DNA of 64,000 nt from the NCBI GenBank assembly GCA_040081625.1, contig JBEBGD010000015.1:10449-74448 (forward strand), written 5' to 3'. The DNA is from Chthoniobacteraceae bacterium. GTDB lineage: Bacteria > Verrucomicrobiota > Verrucomicrobiia > Chthoniobacterales > Chthoniobacteraceae. This document shows positions 9,709-18,522 of the stretch, piece by piece (positions within the stretch are counted from its first letter, which is position 1; the number at the start of each line of letters is the position of its first letter). A program made the position numbers and the translations under genes. The notes below the pieces were generated by a model. That model worked only from the letters and a program-made list of their open reading frames with translations, did not search any database and was not told the origin of the DNA.

Positions 9709-10755
9709 TTGATCTCGAGCGCGAAGGGCGGGCGGTGGGCGCTGATCGCCGCGGCTTTTCTCGCTCGTGCAACGGCCCAGGACGCGCCCGCCTCGGTCGC
9801 CGAGAGCCTTGCTCTCGAAGTGCGCACCGTCTTCGAGAGCGCGCGCAAGGCCGTCGTGCGCATCGAGGCCACCGATCAACGCGGCCCGCTGAGCGGCACC
9901 GGCTTTTTTGTCGATCCGTCGGGGACCATTTTTACCAGCTACACGATCGGCGGCGAGAGCACCGATATCCTGGTATATTGCGGCACTCAAAAGTTTCCCG
10001 CGCGCCGATTGCTCGCTGATCCGCGCAGCGGCGTCGCCGTGCTCAAGGTCGATGCTGAGACGCCGTTTATCACTCTCAGCGATAGCCGCGCGCTGGCCGT
10101 CGGCGCGCCGATGGTCATCGTCGGCTACCCCATGGATCTGCCCGCGTCGCCGAGCTTCGGCTGCGTCTCGGGCTTCGACATCAAATACCTCGACCGCTAT
10201 TTCGCCACGCGGCACATTCGCGCGAATGTGCCCGTGCAGCGCGGCCAGGGCGGCGCGCCGTTGCTGAATATGCGCGGAGAAGCCGTCGGCATCCTGATCT
10301 CCGGACTCGACCAGGGCAGCGCGTGTTTCAGCCTGCCGATCGAAGCCGCGCAAAAGGTTCAGAAGGATTTCGTGCGATTCGGCGAGCTTCGCCCCGGCTG
10401 GCTCGGCGTCGGCGTCGAAACCGCGCAGACCGCGCTCGCCGGCTCGACTGCCGAGATCAATGCGCTCAACCTCGGCGCGCCCGGCGAGAAAGCCGGCCTG
10501 CGCTCGGGCGACGTGTTACTCGAGCTCGGCACGCGCAAGATCGCCAGCCCCGAGGACGTGCTCGACGCCTCGTTTTTCATCGCCGCCGAGGACGAGGTGA
10601 AGGTGCGCGTCGTTCGCGGCGGCAAGACCATCGAGTTCACCGTCACGGCCGCCGACCGCCCGAACACTAGCGTGCGAACCGCGGGCGATATTCCCTCCTT
10701 TGCACCGGCGGGCGGCGCGGATCTACGAGGTCCGGCGCTGGATCTGGATCGTTAA
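9709..10755 (+). CDS. HtrA/DegP-like (S1C) trypsin+PDZ protein with catalytic triad substituted
   Basis: GTGFFVD, TSYTI, GVAVLKV, GQGGAPLLN and PDZ loop GWLGVGV. Start uncertain (TTG at 9700 or 9709 after AAGGA). Confidence 0.8.
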   Translation: MISSAKGGRWALIAAAFLARATAQDAPASVAESLALEVRTVFESARKAVVRIEATDQRGPLSGTGFFVDPSGTIFTSYTIGGESTDILVYCGTQKFPARRLLADPRSGVAVLKVDAETPFITLSDSRALAVGAPMVIVGYPMDLPASPSFGCVSGFDIKYLDRYFATRHIRANVPVQRGQGGAPLLNMRGEAVGILISGLDQGSACFSLPIEAAQKVQKDFVRFGELRPGWLGVGVETAQTALAGSTAEINALNLGAPGEKAGLRSGDVLLELGTRKIASPEDVLDASFFIAAEDEVKVRVVRGGKTIEFTVTAADRPNTSVRTAGDIPSFAPAGGADLRGPALDLDR

Positions 10756-10772
10756 AGGCACACGCAGTCCGG

Positions 10773-11540
10773 GTGAAGCTCATCTCCTGGAACGTCAATG
10801 GCATCCGCGCGGCGTTGAAGCGCGACTTCCTCGATTTCCTCGTCGCGGAAGCGCCGGACATCCTGTGCATCCAGGAAACCAAGGCTGCGTCGCACGACGT
10901 GCAGACCGAGTGGCCGCGTGGCTACCGCGCATTTTGGAATGCCGCGGATAAAAAGGGCTACTCCGGCGTGCTCACGCTCACACGCCACGAGCCGCTCAGC
11001 GTCACGTGCGGCATCGGTGTCGCGGAGCACGATCGCGAAGGCCGGGTGCTCACGACCGAGTTCGACGACTTTTTCCTGGTGAACGTCTATGTGCCGAACT
11101 CGCAGCGCGAACTCGGGCGCCTGCCGTATCGGCTGGAGTGGGACCGCGCCTTCCTCGCCTACCTGCGCGTTCTCGAGACGCGCAAGCCGGTCATCTTCTG
11201 CGGCGACTTGAATGTCGCACACGCCGAGATCGACCTCGCGCGACCCAAGGACAACGTGAAGAACCACGGCTTCACGCCGGAGGAGCGCGCCGGCTTTGGC
11301 GCGATCATCGACGCGGGTTTCGTGGACACGTTCCGCGAGTTTGAAAAGGCGGGTGGCCACTACACGTGGTGGAGCCAGATGAATAACGCGCGCACCCGCA
11401 ATATCGGCTGGCGCATCGACTACTTCCTCATCTCCGGCGCGCTGCGCCCCCGGCTCAAGGCGGCACGGATTCTTCCCGACGTGACCGGCTCGGACCACTG
11501 TCCCGTGGTGCTCGAGCTCAAGCGCACCAAGAGCCGATAG
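10773..11540 (+). CDS. xth: Exodeoxyribonuclease III / AP endonuclease
   Basis: SWNVNGIRA, CIQETK, GDLNVAH, GWRIDYF and GSDHCPV motifs. Confidence 0.95.
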   Translation: MKLISWNVNGIRAALKRDFLDFLVAEAPDILCIQETKAASHDVQTEWPRGYRAFWNAADKKGYSGVLTLTRHEPLSVTCGIGVAEHDREGRVLTTEFDDFFLVNVYVPNSQRELGRLPYRLEWDRAFLAYLRVLETRKPVIFCGDLNVAHAEIDLARPKDNVKNHGFTPEERAGFGAIIDAGFVDTFREFEKAGGHYTWWSQMNNARTRNIGWRIDYFLISGALRPRLKAARILPDVTGSDHCPVVLELKRTKSR

Positions 11541-11629
11541 CCAACGCAGCGCGGAGATGATACGTGGAAAGCCGCCCGCCCGCGCGAGCGGCAGCGGGCA
11601 CCCTCGAAACCCTCACCACCTCGCGGCAC

Positions 11630-13132
11630 ATGCTGGACTTTTTTCGGCTCCTTTTCGACACGACCGACTTTCCGCAACGATGGCACTGCGGCGGTTGGTC
11701 TCCGGCGCACGGCTGGCTGCACATCGTTTCCGATACGCTCATCTTCGGCGCCTACGCAGCCATCCCGGGCGCGATCGCGTTCTTCGCGATGCGCCGCCGG
11801 CAGGACATCGTCTTTCCAAAGCTCTGGTGGCTTTTCGCGGCGTTCATCTTCTCCTGCGGGTTTGGGCATCTCATCGAAGCCACGCTGTTCTGGCAGCCGT
11901 GGTATCGGCTCTCGGGCTCGGTCAAGGCGATCACCGCCATCGTCTCGTGGGCCACGGTCCTCTCGCTCGTGCGCTACCTGCCGGATGCCCTGTCCGTTCC
12001 GGGAGCGGCGCAGCTCAACGCCAAGCTCCAGCGCGAGATCGACGAGCGCCGCCGCGCCGAGGAGCAGGTCCGCCACCTCAATGCGGCGCTCGAGTCCCGC
12101 GTGCAGGAACTCGAGACGCTGCTTGAAGTGCTTCCCATCGGCATCGGCATCGCCAAGGATTCGCAGTGCCGCGATATCCGCACGAACAAGGCGTTCTCGG
12201 AAATCCTCGGCATCGTCCCCGGCCGGAATGCCTCGCTCAGCGCGCCGCCCGCGGAGGCGCCGCGCGAATTCAAAGTCATGCGTGAAGGCCGCGAACTGAC
12301 CCCGGACGAACTGCCCATCCAGCGCGCGGCGAGCGAAGGCGTCATCATCCGCAACTTCGAGGAGAGAATCGAGCGCGTCGATGGAAGCCGCATCGACCTG
12401 CTCTGCCACGCCGCGCCCATCCGTAGCCAGGATGGCTCGTGCCGCGGTGCAGTCGGCGTTTTCGTGGACATCACCGAGCGCAAAGCAGCCGAGGAAAAGC
12501 TCAAGGCTTCGCTCGAGGAGAAGAAGGTGCTGCTGCACGAGATTCATCACCGGGTGAAGAACAACCTCCAGTTCATCATCAGCCTCCTGCGGCTCCAAGG
12601 CGGCGAATCGAGCGACCCCGCGCTGCGTGAGATGCTCGATGAAACGCGCAGCCGCGTCCACGCGATGGCGCTCGTCCACGAGAAGCTCTATCGCGCCGAC
12701 GACCTATCGCGGCTCGACTACGGCAGCTATCTGCGCGAGCTCATCGCCGCGCTCGCGCGCGGAATGCGCGAACGCGTCGCGAAGGTCGAGTTCGCCATCA
12801 GCTCCGAAGCCGTCGGCCTGCAGGCCAGCGCCGCTGTCCCCGTCGGCCTCGTGGTCAATGAACTCGTCTCCAACAGCCTCAAGCACGCCTTCCGCGACGG
12901 TCGCGACGGTCGCATCGAGGTCAACCTCCGCGGCTCGCCGGAGCATGGCTACGCCCTCGCGGTGCGCGACAATGGCGTCGGCGCGCCCGGCGAGTTCGAC
13001 CCCGCCGCCACGCGCTCGATGGGCTGGCGGCTGGTCGAGATGCTCGTGCGCCAGCTCGACGGCACCATCGCCATGACGCGCGAAGGCGGAACGGAGTTTG
13101 CCATTCACTTCTGGCCGCGCCACGAATCCTGA
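11630..13132 (+). CDS. Membrane sensor kinase: ETR1-like 3-TM input, PAS, HisKA_2/HATPase
   Basis: SDTLIFGAYAAIP...FIFSCGFGHL; DITERK; EIHHRVKNNLQ; NELVSNSLKHAF; DNGVG. Confidence 0.9.
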   Translation: MLDFFRLLFDTTDFPQRWHCGGWSPAHGWLHIVSDTLIFGAYAAIPGAIAFFAMRRRQDIVFPKLWWLFAAFIFSCGFGHLIEATLFWQPWYRLSGSVKAITAIVSWATVLSLVRYLPDALSVPGAAQLNAKLQREIDERRRAEEQVRHLNAALESRVQELETLLEVLPIGIGIAKDSQCRDIRTNKAFSEILGIVPGRNASLSAPPAEAPREFKVMREGRELTPDELPIQRAASEGVIIRNFEERIERVDGSRIDLLCHAAPIRSQDGSCRGAVGVFVDITERKAAEEKLKASLEEKKVLLHEIHHRVKNNLQFIISLLRLQGGESSDPALREMLDETRSRVHAMALVHEKLYRADDLSRLDYGSYLRELIAALARGMRERVAKVEFAISSEAVGLQASAAVPVGLVVNELVSNSLKHAFRDGRDGRIEVNLRGSPEHGYALAVRDNGVGAPGEFDPAATRSMGWRLVEMLVRQLDGTIAMTREGGTEFAIHFWPRHES

Positions 13133-13136
13133 CGCC

Positions 13137-15071
13137 ATGCCTCGCGGACGCATCCTGATCACCGAAGACGAAGCCGTCGTGGCGGAGGACCTGCGCGTGA
13201 CGCTCACCGGGCTCGGCTACGAAGTGGCTGGGATCGCCAGCTCGAAGGCCGATGCCCTCGCACTGACCGAGCGCACGCGGCCCGACCTCGTCCTGATGGA
13301 CATCAAACTCAAGGGCGACGGCGACGGCATCGGTGCCGCCGCCGAGATCAACGAGCGCCATCGCATCCCCATCGTCTTCCTCACCGCGCACGCCGACGGC
13401 GCGACGCTGGCCCGCGCAAAGGACGCGCTGCCTTTCGGCTACCTCGTGAAGCCCTTCGACGAGCAGAGCCTCCACGCTAGCATCGAGACCGCGCTGCGCC
13501 TGCATGAGGCGCAGACCGCCTTGAGCCGTGTCGAGCACTGGCTGACCACCACGCTGTGCAGCATCGGCGACGCCGTCGTCTCGGTCGATGCCGCCAGCCG
13601 CATCACTTTCCTCAATCCCAGCGCCGAGCAACTCACCGGCTGGACGAGCAGCGACGCGATCGGGCAGCCCTTCGAGAAAGTCGTGCGCCTCATCGACGAA
13701 AAAACCCGCGAGCCGCTGGCAGCTCTGGCGGAGCGCGCGATGACCCTCGGCGCGCGACTCAACCTCGCCGCCGGCGCACTCCTCGTCGCGCGCGATGGCC
13801 GCGAAATGCCCATCGACGACAGCGCCGCGCCACTGCGCGAACACGACGGACGCGTCTCAGGTGCAGTCTTTGTCTTTCGCGACATCAGCCAGGCGCGGCA
13901 GCAGGCGCAGGAGCGCGAACACATGCAGCGGCGCATCCAGGAAGCCCAGCGGCTCGAAAGTCTCGGCCTCGTCGCCGGCGGCGTGGCTCACGACTTCAAC
14001 AACCTGCTCACCGCCATCCTCGGCAACTCCCAGCTCGCCCGGGGGATCCTTCCGCTCGATTCGCAAGCCGCGCCCTTCCTCCACGGCATCGACGAGGCTT
14101 CGCAGCGCGCCGCGCAATTGTGCGCGCACATGCTCGCCTACGCCGGGCGGCAGGAGGCCCAGCTCGCCCCGGTCGAGCTCAACGAGATCGTCCTCTCGAC
14201 CATCCAGCTCATCCGCAACTCACTCGACCCGCGCGCCGAACTCGTCCTCGAACTGGCTCCCACCTTGCCGCGCGCCAGCGCCGATCGCACCCAGCTCCAG
14301 CAAGTCGTGGTGAACCTCATCCTCAACGCCGCCGAATCCCTCGGCGCGAAAGCCGGCATCGTCACGATCACCACCTCCGAGGCCTCGCTCGATCGCGAGA
14401 CCTTGCGCGGCGCAGTGCTTGGCGAGCAATGGGAGCCCGGCAGTTTCGTGAAGCTAGACGTCGCCGACACCGGTTGCGGCATGGGCACGGAGACGCTTTC
14501 GAGAATCTTCGATCCCTTCTTCAGCACCAAGTTCACCGGCCGCGGCCTCGGCCTCGCGGCCGTCCACGGCATCGCACGATCGCACCGCGCGCCCGTCTTC
14601 GTCCGCAGCAAACCGGGCGGCGGCACACGATTCCAAATCTTCCTCCCGCTAACCGATGAGCAGCCCGCGATGATCCCCGCCGAGCCCCGGCGCGCGCGCC
14701 TTCGCGGGGAAGGTCCCGTGCTCATCGTCGAAGACGAACCCACCGTGCTCTTCATCATCTCCCGTATCGCCCAGCGCATGGGCTTCGTGCCCATCGCCAC
14801 CGACAGCGGCCAGGCCGCGCTCGATGAGATCGCATCGAGTCGCGTGAAGCCGAAGCTCGTGCTCCTTGACGCCAACATGCCCGGCATGGACGGCCTCGCG
14901 ACCCTGCGAAAACTGCGCGCCTTGTTGCCCGACACTCCCGTGCTCCTCGTCTCCGCGCTCCCCGAGGACGCCGCCCGCGAGCGCTTCGCCGGCGAGCAGA
15001 TCGCCGGCGTCCTGCGCAAGCCTTTCCGCCCCGATCAGCTCGAGCAAAAAATCGCCGAAGTGCTCGCTTGA
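13137..15071 (+). CDS. Hybrid histidine kinase REC-PAS-HisKA-HATPase-REC
   Basis: ILITEDE/LMDIKL/YLVKPF receiver; GGVAHDFNNLL; DTGCGM, FDPFFSTK, GRGLGLA; C-terminal receiver. Confidence 0.92.
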   Translation: MPRGRILITEDEAVVAEDLRVTLTGLGYEVAGIASSKADALALTERTRPDLVLMDIKLKGDGDGIGAAAEINERHRIPIVFLTAHADGATLARAKDALPFGYLVKPFDEQSLHASIETALRLHEAQTALSRVEHWLTTTLCSIGDAVVSVDAASRITFLNPSAEQLTGWTSSDAIGQPFEKVVRLIDEKTREPLAALAERAMTLGARLNLAAGALLVARDGREMPIDDSAAPLREHDGRVSGAVFVFRDISQARQQAQEREHMQRRIQEAQRLESLGLVAGGVAHDFNNLLTAILGNSQLARGILPLDSQAAPFLHGIDEASQRAAQLCAHMLAYAGRQEAQLAPVELNEIVLSTIQLIRNSLDPRAELVLELAPTLPRASADRTQLQQVVVNLILNAAESLGAKAGIVTITTSEASLDRETLRGAVLGEQWEPGSFVKLDVADTGCGMGTETLSRIFDPFFSTKFTGRGLGLAAVHGIARSHRAPVFVRSKPGGGTRFQIFLPLTDEQPAMIPAEPRRARLRGEGPVLIVEDEPTVLFIISRIAQRMGFVPIATDSGQAALDEIASSRVKPKLVLLDANMPGMDGLATLRKLRALLPDTPVLLVSALPEDAARERFAGEQIAGVLRKPFRPDQLEQKIAEVLA

Positions 15072-15083
15072 TCCCGGCGCGTG

Positions 15084-15554
15084 CTAAGTCCGTTCGCCGC
15101 CGACGCGATGGCCGCGGCTCCAGCGCCGCGACACCCGGGAGCTTTCGATCTTCCACGCACGCTCCTCGCGCACGAGCGCGTAATGGACCAGCGCAATCCC
15201 GCCGTCGTGCAGGAAAAAATAGGCGGGCACCGCCGCGCGGCGGCCCTGCACCACGACCGCGCCGAACTCCACGCGCTCGAACCGCGCGAGGTCGGGATGA
15301 TCGGTGCGCACCTGCCCGGAAAATTCATCGAGGTTGAACCGCTCCTGCACCGCGAGCGACACGTGCCGGTAAGCCGCCGGATAATCCGCAGCGCGCACAG
15401 CCGCGAGCTTGTCCATCACCACGGAGTAGATCTCCTGCGGCAGCGGTGCAGGCACGCGCCGCGCCGCGGGCGAGCGGACGACGGCGGCGGCGACGCACAC
15501 CGAAAAAGTGGCGCCGACGATGCCGAGTTTGATGCGCTGCCACGCGGGGCTCAT
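15084..15554 (-). CDS. DUF4864-like (NTF2-like) exported protein
   Basis: N-terminal TM; LAAVRAADYPAAY...F..QVR and YALVREERAWKI pattern. Confidence 0.6.
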   Translation of the reverse strand: MSPAWQRIKLGIVGATFSVCVAAAVVRSPAARRVPAPLPQEIYSVVMDKLAAVRAADYPAAYRHVSLAVQERFNLDEFSGQVRTDHPDLARFERVEFGAVVVQGRRAAVPAYFFLHDGGIALVHYALVREERAWKIESSRVSRRWSRGHRVGGERT

Positions 15555-15874
15555 GTGGCGGAGGATGCGGCAGCCTCGACCTTTTTCAAATACGGAAAGG
15601 CGTAGAGGCCGGTGTTGTGGCCGTCGGCCCACTCGGGCTGGATCGCGTAGCCGCCGACGAAGCGCCAGCCGCGCAGGATGAAGCTCTGCCGCGTGTAACT
15701 CACCTCGGGCCGCTCGATGCGGCCGAGCACATCGGGCTCGCCGCCGCACATCGCGCACGGGCAGTGCCGGCGCAGCGACTCGATGCCGAGATACGTGGCG
15801 GTGCCATCGCTCCACGCGATGGCGAGTTCCTCGCCGACTTGCGCGACATTGGTCGGTGAAAGACGTTCGGCCAT
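15551..15874 (-). CDS. DUF971 / GBBH-like N-terminal domain protein
   Basis: WSDG, LRRHCPCAMC and VGGYAIQPEWADGHNTGLY motifs. Confidence 0.88.
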   Translation of the reverse strand: MAERLSPTNVAQVGEELAIAWSDGTATYLGIESLRRHCPCAMCGGEPDVLGRIERPEVSYTRQSFILRGWRFVGGYAIQPEWADGHNTGLYAFPYLKKVEAAASSAT

Positions 15875-15883
15875 GCGCTGTGG

Positions 15884-16612
15884 CTAGTCGTCGAAGCCCG
15901 CGCCGGCAACCGGTTTCCAAGTCTTCCCCGCCCGCTCGCCGAAGATCGCGGTGCCCACTCGCACGAGCGTCGCGCCTTCCTCGATGGCAACCGCGTAGTC
16001 GGCGCTCATGCCCATCGAAAGCTGCGGCAGCGGCGCGCGGAACTCGGTCGCGAGCCGGTCGCGCAACTCGCGCAGCGCGACGAAATATCTGCGCGACTCT
16101 TCCGGCTTCGGAGCGAGCGGCGGGATGCACATGAGGCCGTCGATGGTGAGGCGATCGAGCCCGAGCAATTCTTCAACCTGCCCGCGCAGCCGCTCCGGCG
16201 GGAAGCCGAACTTGGTGCTCTCGCCGGCGACGTTCACCTCGAGCAGCACACGCGGCGACGCGCCGGCTTCGCCGGCGATGCGGTTCAGGTCGCGCGCGAG
16301 TTCGAGCGAGTCGATGCCGTGGAGCAGCTCGAAGCCCAGCGCGAGCGCGTGTCGGATCTTGTTCTTCTGAAGATGCCCGATGAGATGCCAGCGGGCGCGT
16401 CCCGGCAGCAGCGGAATTTTCGCCCGCGCCTCCTGCACGCGATTCTCGCCGAAGAGCGTGTGACCGGCATCGAGCGCTTCGAGCACGGTCTCGGGCGGGT
16501 GTGTTTTGCTAACCGCGATGAGCTGGACGTCGCCCGCATCGCGACCGGCGCGCGCGGCGGCGGCGGCGATGATCTCGTGGACGGCGGCGAGGCGCTCAGC
16601 GATCCCGGGCAT
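15884..16612 (-). CDS. yggS: PLP homeostasis protein, YggS family
   Basis: AVSKTHP, FGENRVQEA, WHLIGHLQKNK, LSMGMSAD and VRVGTAIFGER motifs. Confidence 0.95.
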   Translation of the reverse strand: MPGIAERLAAVHEIIAAAAARAGRDAGDVQLIAVSKTHPPETVLEALDAGHTLFGENRVQEARAKIPLLPGRARWHLIGHLQKNKIRHALALGFELLHGIDSLELARDLNRIAGEAGASPRVLLEVNVAGESTKFGFPPERLRGQVEELLGLDRLTIDGLMCIPPLAPKPEESRRYFVALRELRDRLATEFRAPLPQLSMGMSADYAVAIEEGATLVRVGTAIFGERAGKTWKPVAGAGFDD

Positions 16613-16615
16613 GAG

Positions 16616-17518
16616 CTAACCGGCGTCGGCCTTGCGCACGCTGACATCGAGCCCGAAGAGCCGCCAGACGGGCACTTCGTAGTAGAGCTTCAGCGAGAAG
16701 AGCACGCGATACGGGCGCGTGGGATAGTAGCCCGACACGGTGAGCAAGCCCTCGGTATTCACCCACGCCGGTCGGTCGAAGACGGGCTCGATGCCGTCGA
16801 TGCCGCCGATGTCGATCTGCTGGTCGATGAAGGATCGAAACGCATACTGCAACCGCGCGGCGCCGAGGTCGCGCTCTTTAGGCGTGAGCGCGCGGCGCAT
16901 CGTGCCGGGGATCGCCGCGGGGCCTTCGCGCGTGACGAGCTGATCCTGCCAGTGCAGCGAGCATTCGTCGAAAAGGGTCGTGAAGTCTTTGCGCTGCACG
17001 GCGTCATTGAAGGCGAGGAGCGACGCGTGCGTGAGCGCCTTCACCGTGGCGGCGTCCGGCGGCGAATGTGCGCGCGTCGGGTCGCCGAAGGTCGGGTCGT
17101 GGCCAATGAGGCTGAAGGGATTCTCGACGCGACCGGTCACGGGGTGGCGGGGCGACTTGAGCGATAGGACCTTCCATTGCCCGCCCTCGTGCAGCAGCGC
17201 GACGACGAGTCGCACGGTCTGCTGCGAGGCCGTCTTGAACTCCGCGGCGACGCGGGCGACGCGGCGATCGCTGGAGTAATCGGCTGGCGCGAAAGTCGCC
17301 GTCGCGCCTGCATCAAGGCCGAACTCGATCAAGGTCGTCTTGAAGAAGTTCTCCGACTGCGGCGTCTGGAATCCAAACGTCGTGCTGGCGTAAGCGGCGG
17401 CGGCTTTGCCTTGCGCGATGAGATCGAAAAACTGTCGCGCGGCCTCGTCCGGCCCCGCCTTCTTTGAGCAGCTCGCGAGGGCCAGCGTCATCGCGAGAAA
17501 CGAAGCACCGAACCTCAT
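16616..17518 (-). CDS. Hypothetical lipoprotein
   Basis: Lipobox LALASC; ATGA overlap with the nadA stop. Confidence 0.7.
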   Translation of the reverse strand: MRFGASFLAMTLALASCSKKAGPDEAARQFFDLIAQGKAAAAYASTTFGFQTPQSENFFKTTLIEFGLDAGATATFAPADYSSDRRVARVAAEFKTASQQTVRLVVALLHEGGQWKVLSLKSPRHPVTGRVENPFSLIGHDPTFGDPTRAHSPPDAATVKALTHASLLAFNDAVQRKDFTTLFDECSLHWQDQLVTREGPAAIPGTMRRALTPKERDLGAARLQYAFRSFIDQQIDIGGIDGIEPVFDRPAWVNTEGLLTVSGYYPTRPYRVLFSLKLYYEVPVWRLFGLDVSVRKADAG

Positions 17519-18447
17519 TTGCTGAGCGCGAGCATCCGGCGGATCGGCAGCTCGGCGCGCGCCCGCAACGGCTCGGGCAGCGTGATCTCCGGCGAGAGGT
17601 CGCGCAGCGCGTCGTGGAGTTTTTCGAGCGTGTTCATCTTCATGTAGCGGCAGTCGGCGCACGCGCAGTGGTCGGTCGGGCCGGGGATGAATTCCTTCCC
17701 CGGAATCTCGCGCCGGAGCCGGTGCAACATGCCGGACTCCGTGACGATGATGAACGACTTCGCCGGCGAGGATTTGCAGTAGCTGACCATCTTCTCCGTC
17801 GAGCAGACCTCGTCGGCGAGCATCCGCACCGCGTAGGTGCACTCCGGGTGCGCGACGACTGGCGCGCCGGGGTGCGCGACGTGGATGCGCTCGATCGACT
17901 GTCGGGTGAACTCGACATGGACGTAACAGTTCCCCTTCCACAACTCCATCGGCCGGCCGGTCTGTTCGATCACCCACGCGCCGAGATTCTGGTCGGGGAC
18001 GAAGAGAATCTCGCGGTCGCGCGGGACGCTCTGGACGATCTTAACGGCGTTGCCGCTGGTGCAGATCACGTCGCTGACCGCCTTCACGCCGGCGGAGCAA
18101 TTGATGTAGGCGACGACGTAGTAGTTCTTGTCGCTATGCGCTTCGAGGTAGGCGGCGAGCTTGTCCGCCGGGCACGAGTCGCTGAGCGAGCAGCCGGCGT
18201 CGAGGTCGGGGAGCACCACGGTCTTCGTCGGGTTCACGATCTTCGCCGTCTCGGCCATGAAGTGGACGCCGCAAAACGCAATTACGTCTGCACTCGTCTC
18301 CGCGGCCTTGTAGGAAAGGCCGAGCGAGTCGCCGACGAAATCGGCGAGCTCCTGGATTTCCTTCACCTGGTAATTGTGCGCGAGGATGACCGCGTTGCGC
18401 TCGCGCTTGAGCGCGAGAATGTCAGCGGCGAGATCGACTCCTGTCAT
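17515..18447 (-). CDS. nadA: Quinolinate synthase A
   Basis: AHNYQ, GDSLGL, FCGVHFMAETAK, AGCSL, YINCSA, AHPEC and CRYMKMNTL motifs. Confidence 0.95.
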   Translation of the reverse strand: MTGVDLAADILALKRERNAVILAHNYQVKEIQELADFVGDSLGLSYKAAETSADVIAFCGVHFMAETAKIVNPTKTVVLPDLDAGCSLSDSCPADKLAAYLEAHSDKNYYVVAYINCSAGVKAVSDVICTSGNAVKIVQSVPRDREILFVPDQNLGAWVIEQTGRPMELWKGNCYVHVEFTRQSIERIHVAHPGAPVVAHPECTYAVRMLADEVCSTEKMVSYCKSSPAKSFIIVTESGMLHRLRREIPGKEFIPGPTDHCACADCRYMKMNTLEKLHDALRDLSPEITLPEPLRARAELPIRRMLALSK

Positions 18448-18522
18448 GGGCATGCCAGACTGTGACACCGCGCGGCGTGCGGTTCACAGCGATTTTTGCG
18501 TCACTTCGGCGGTCGCCGACGG

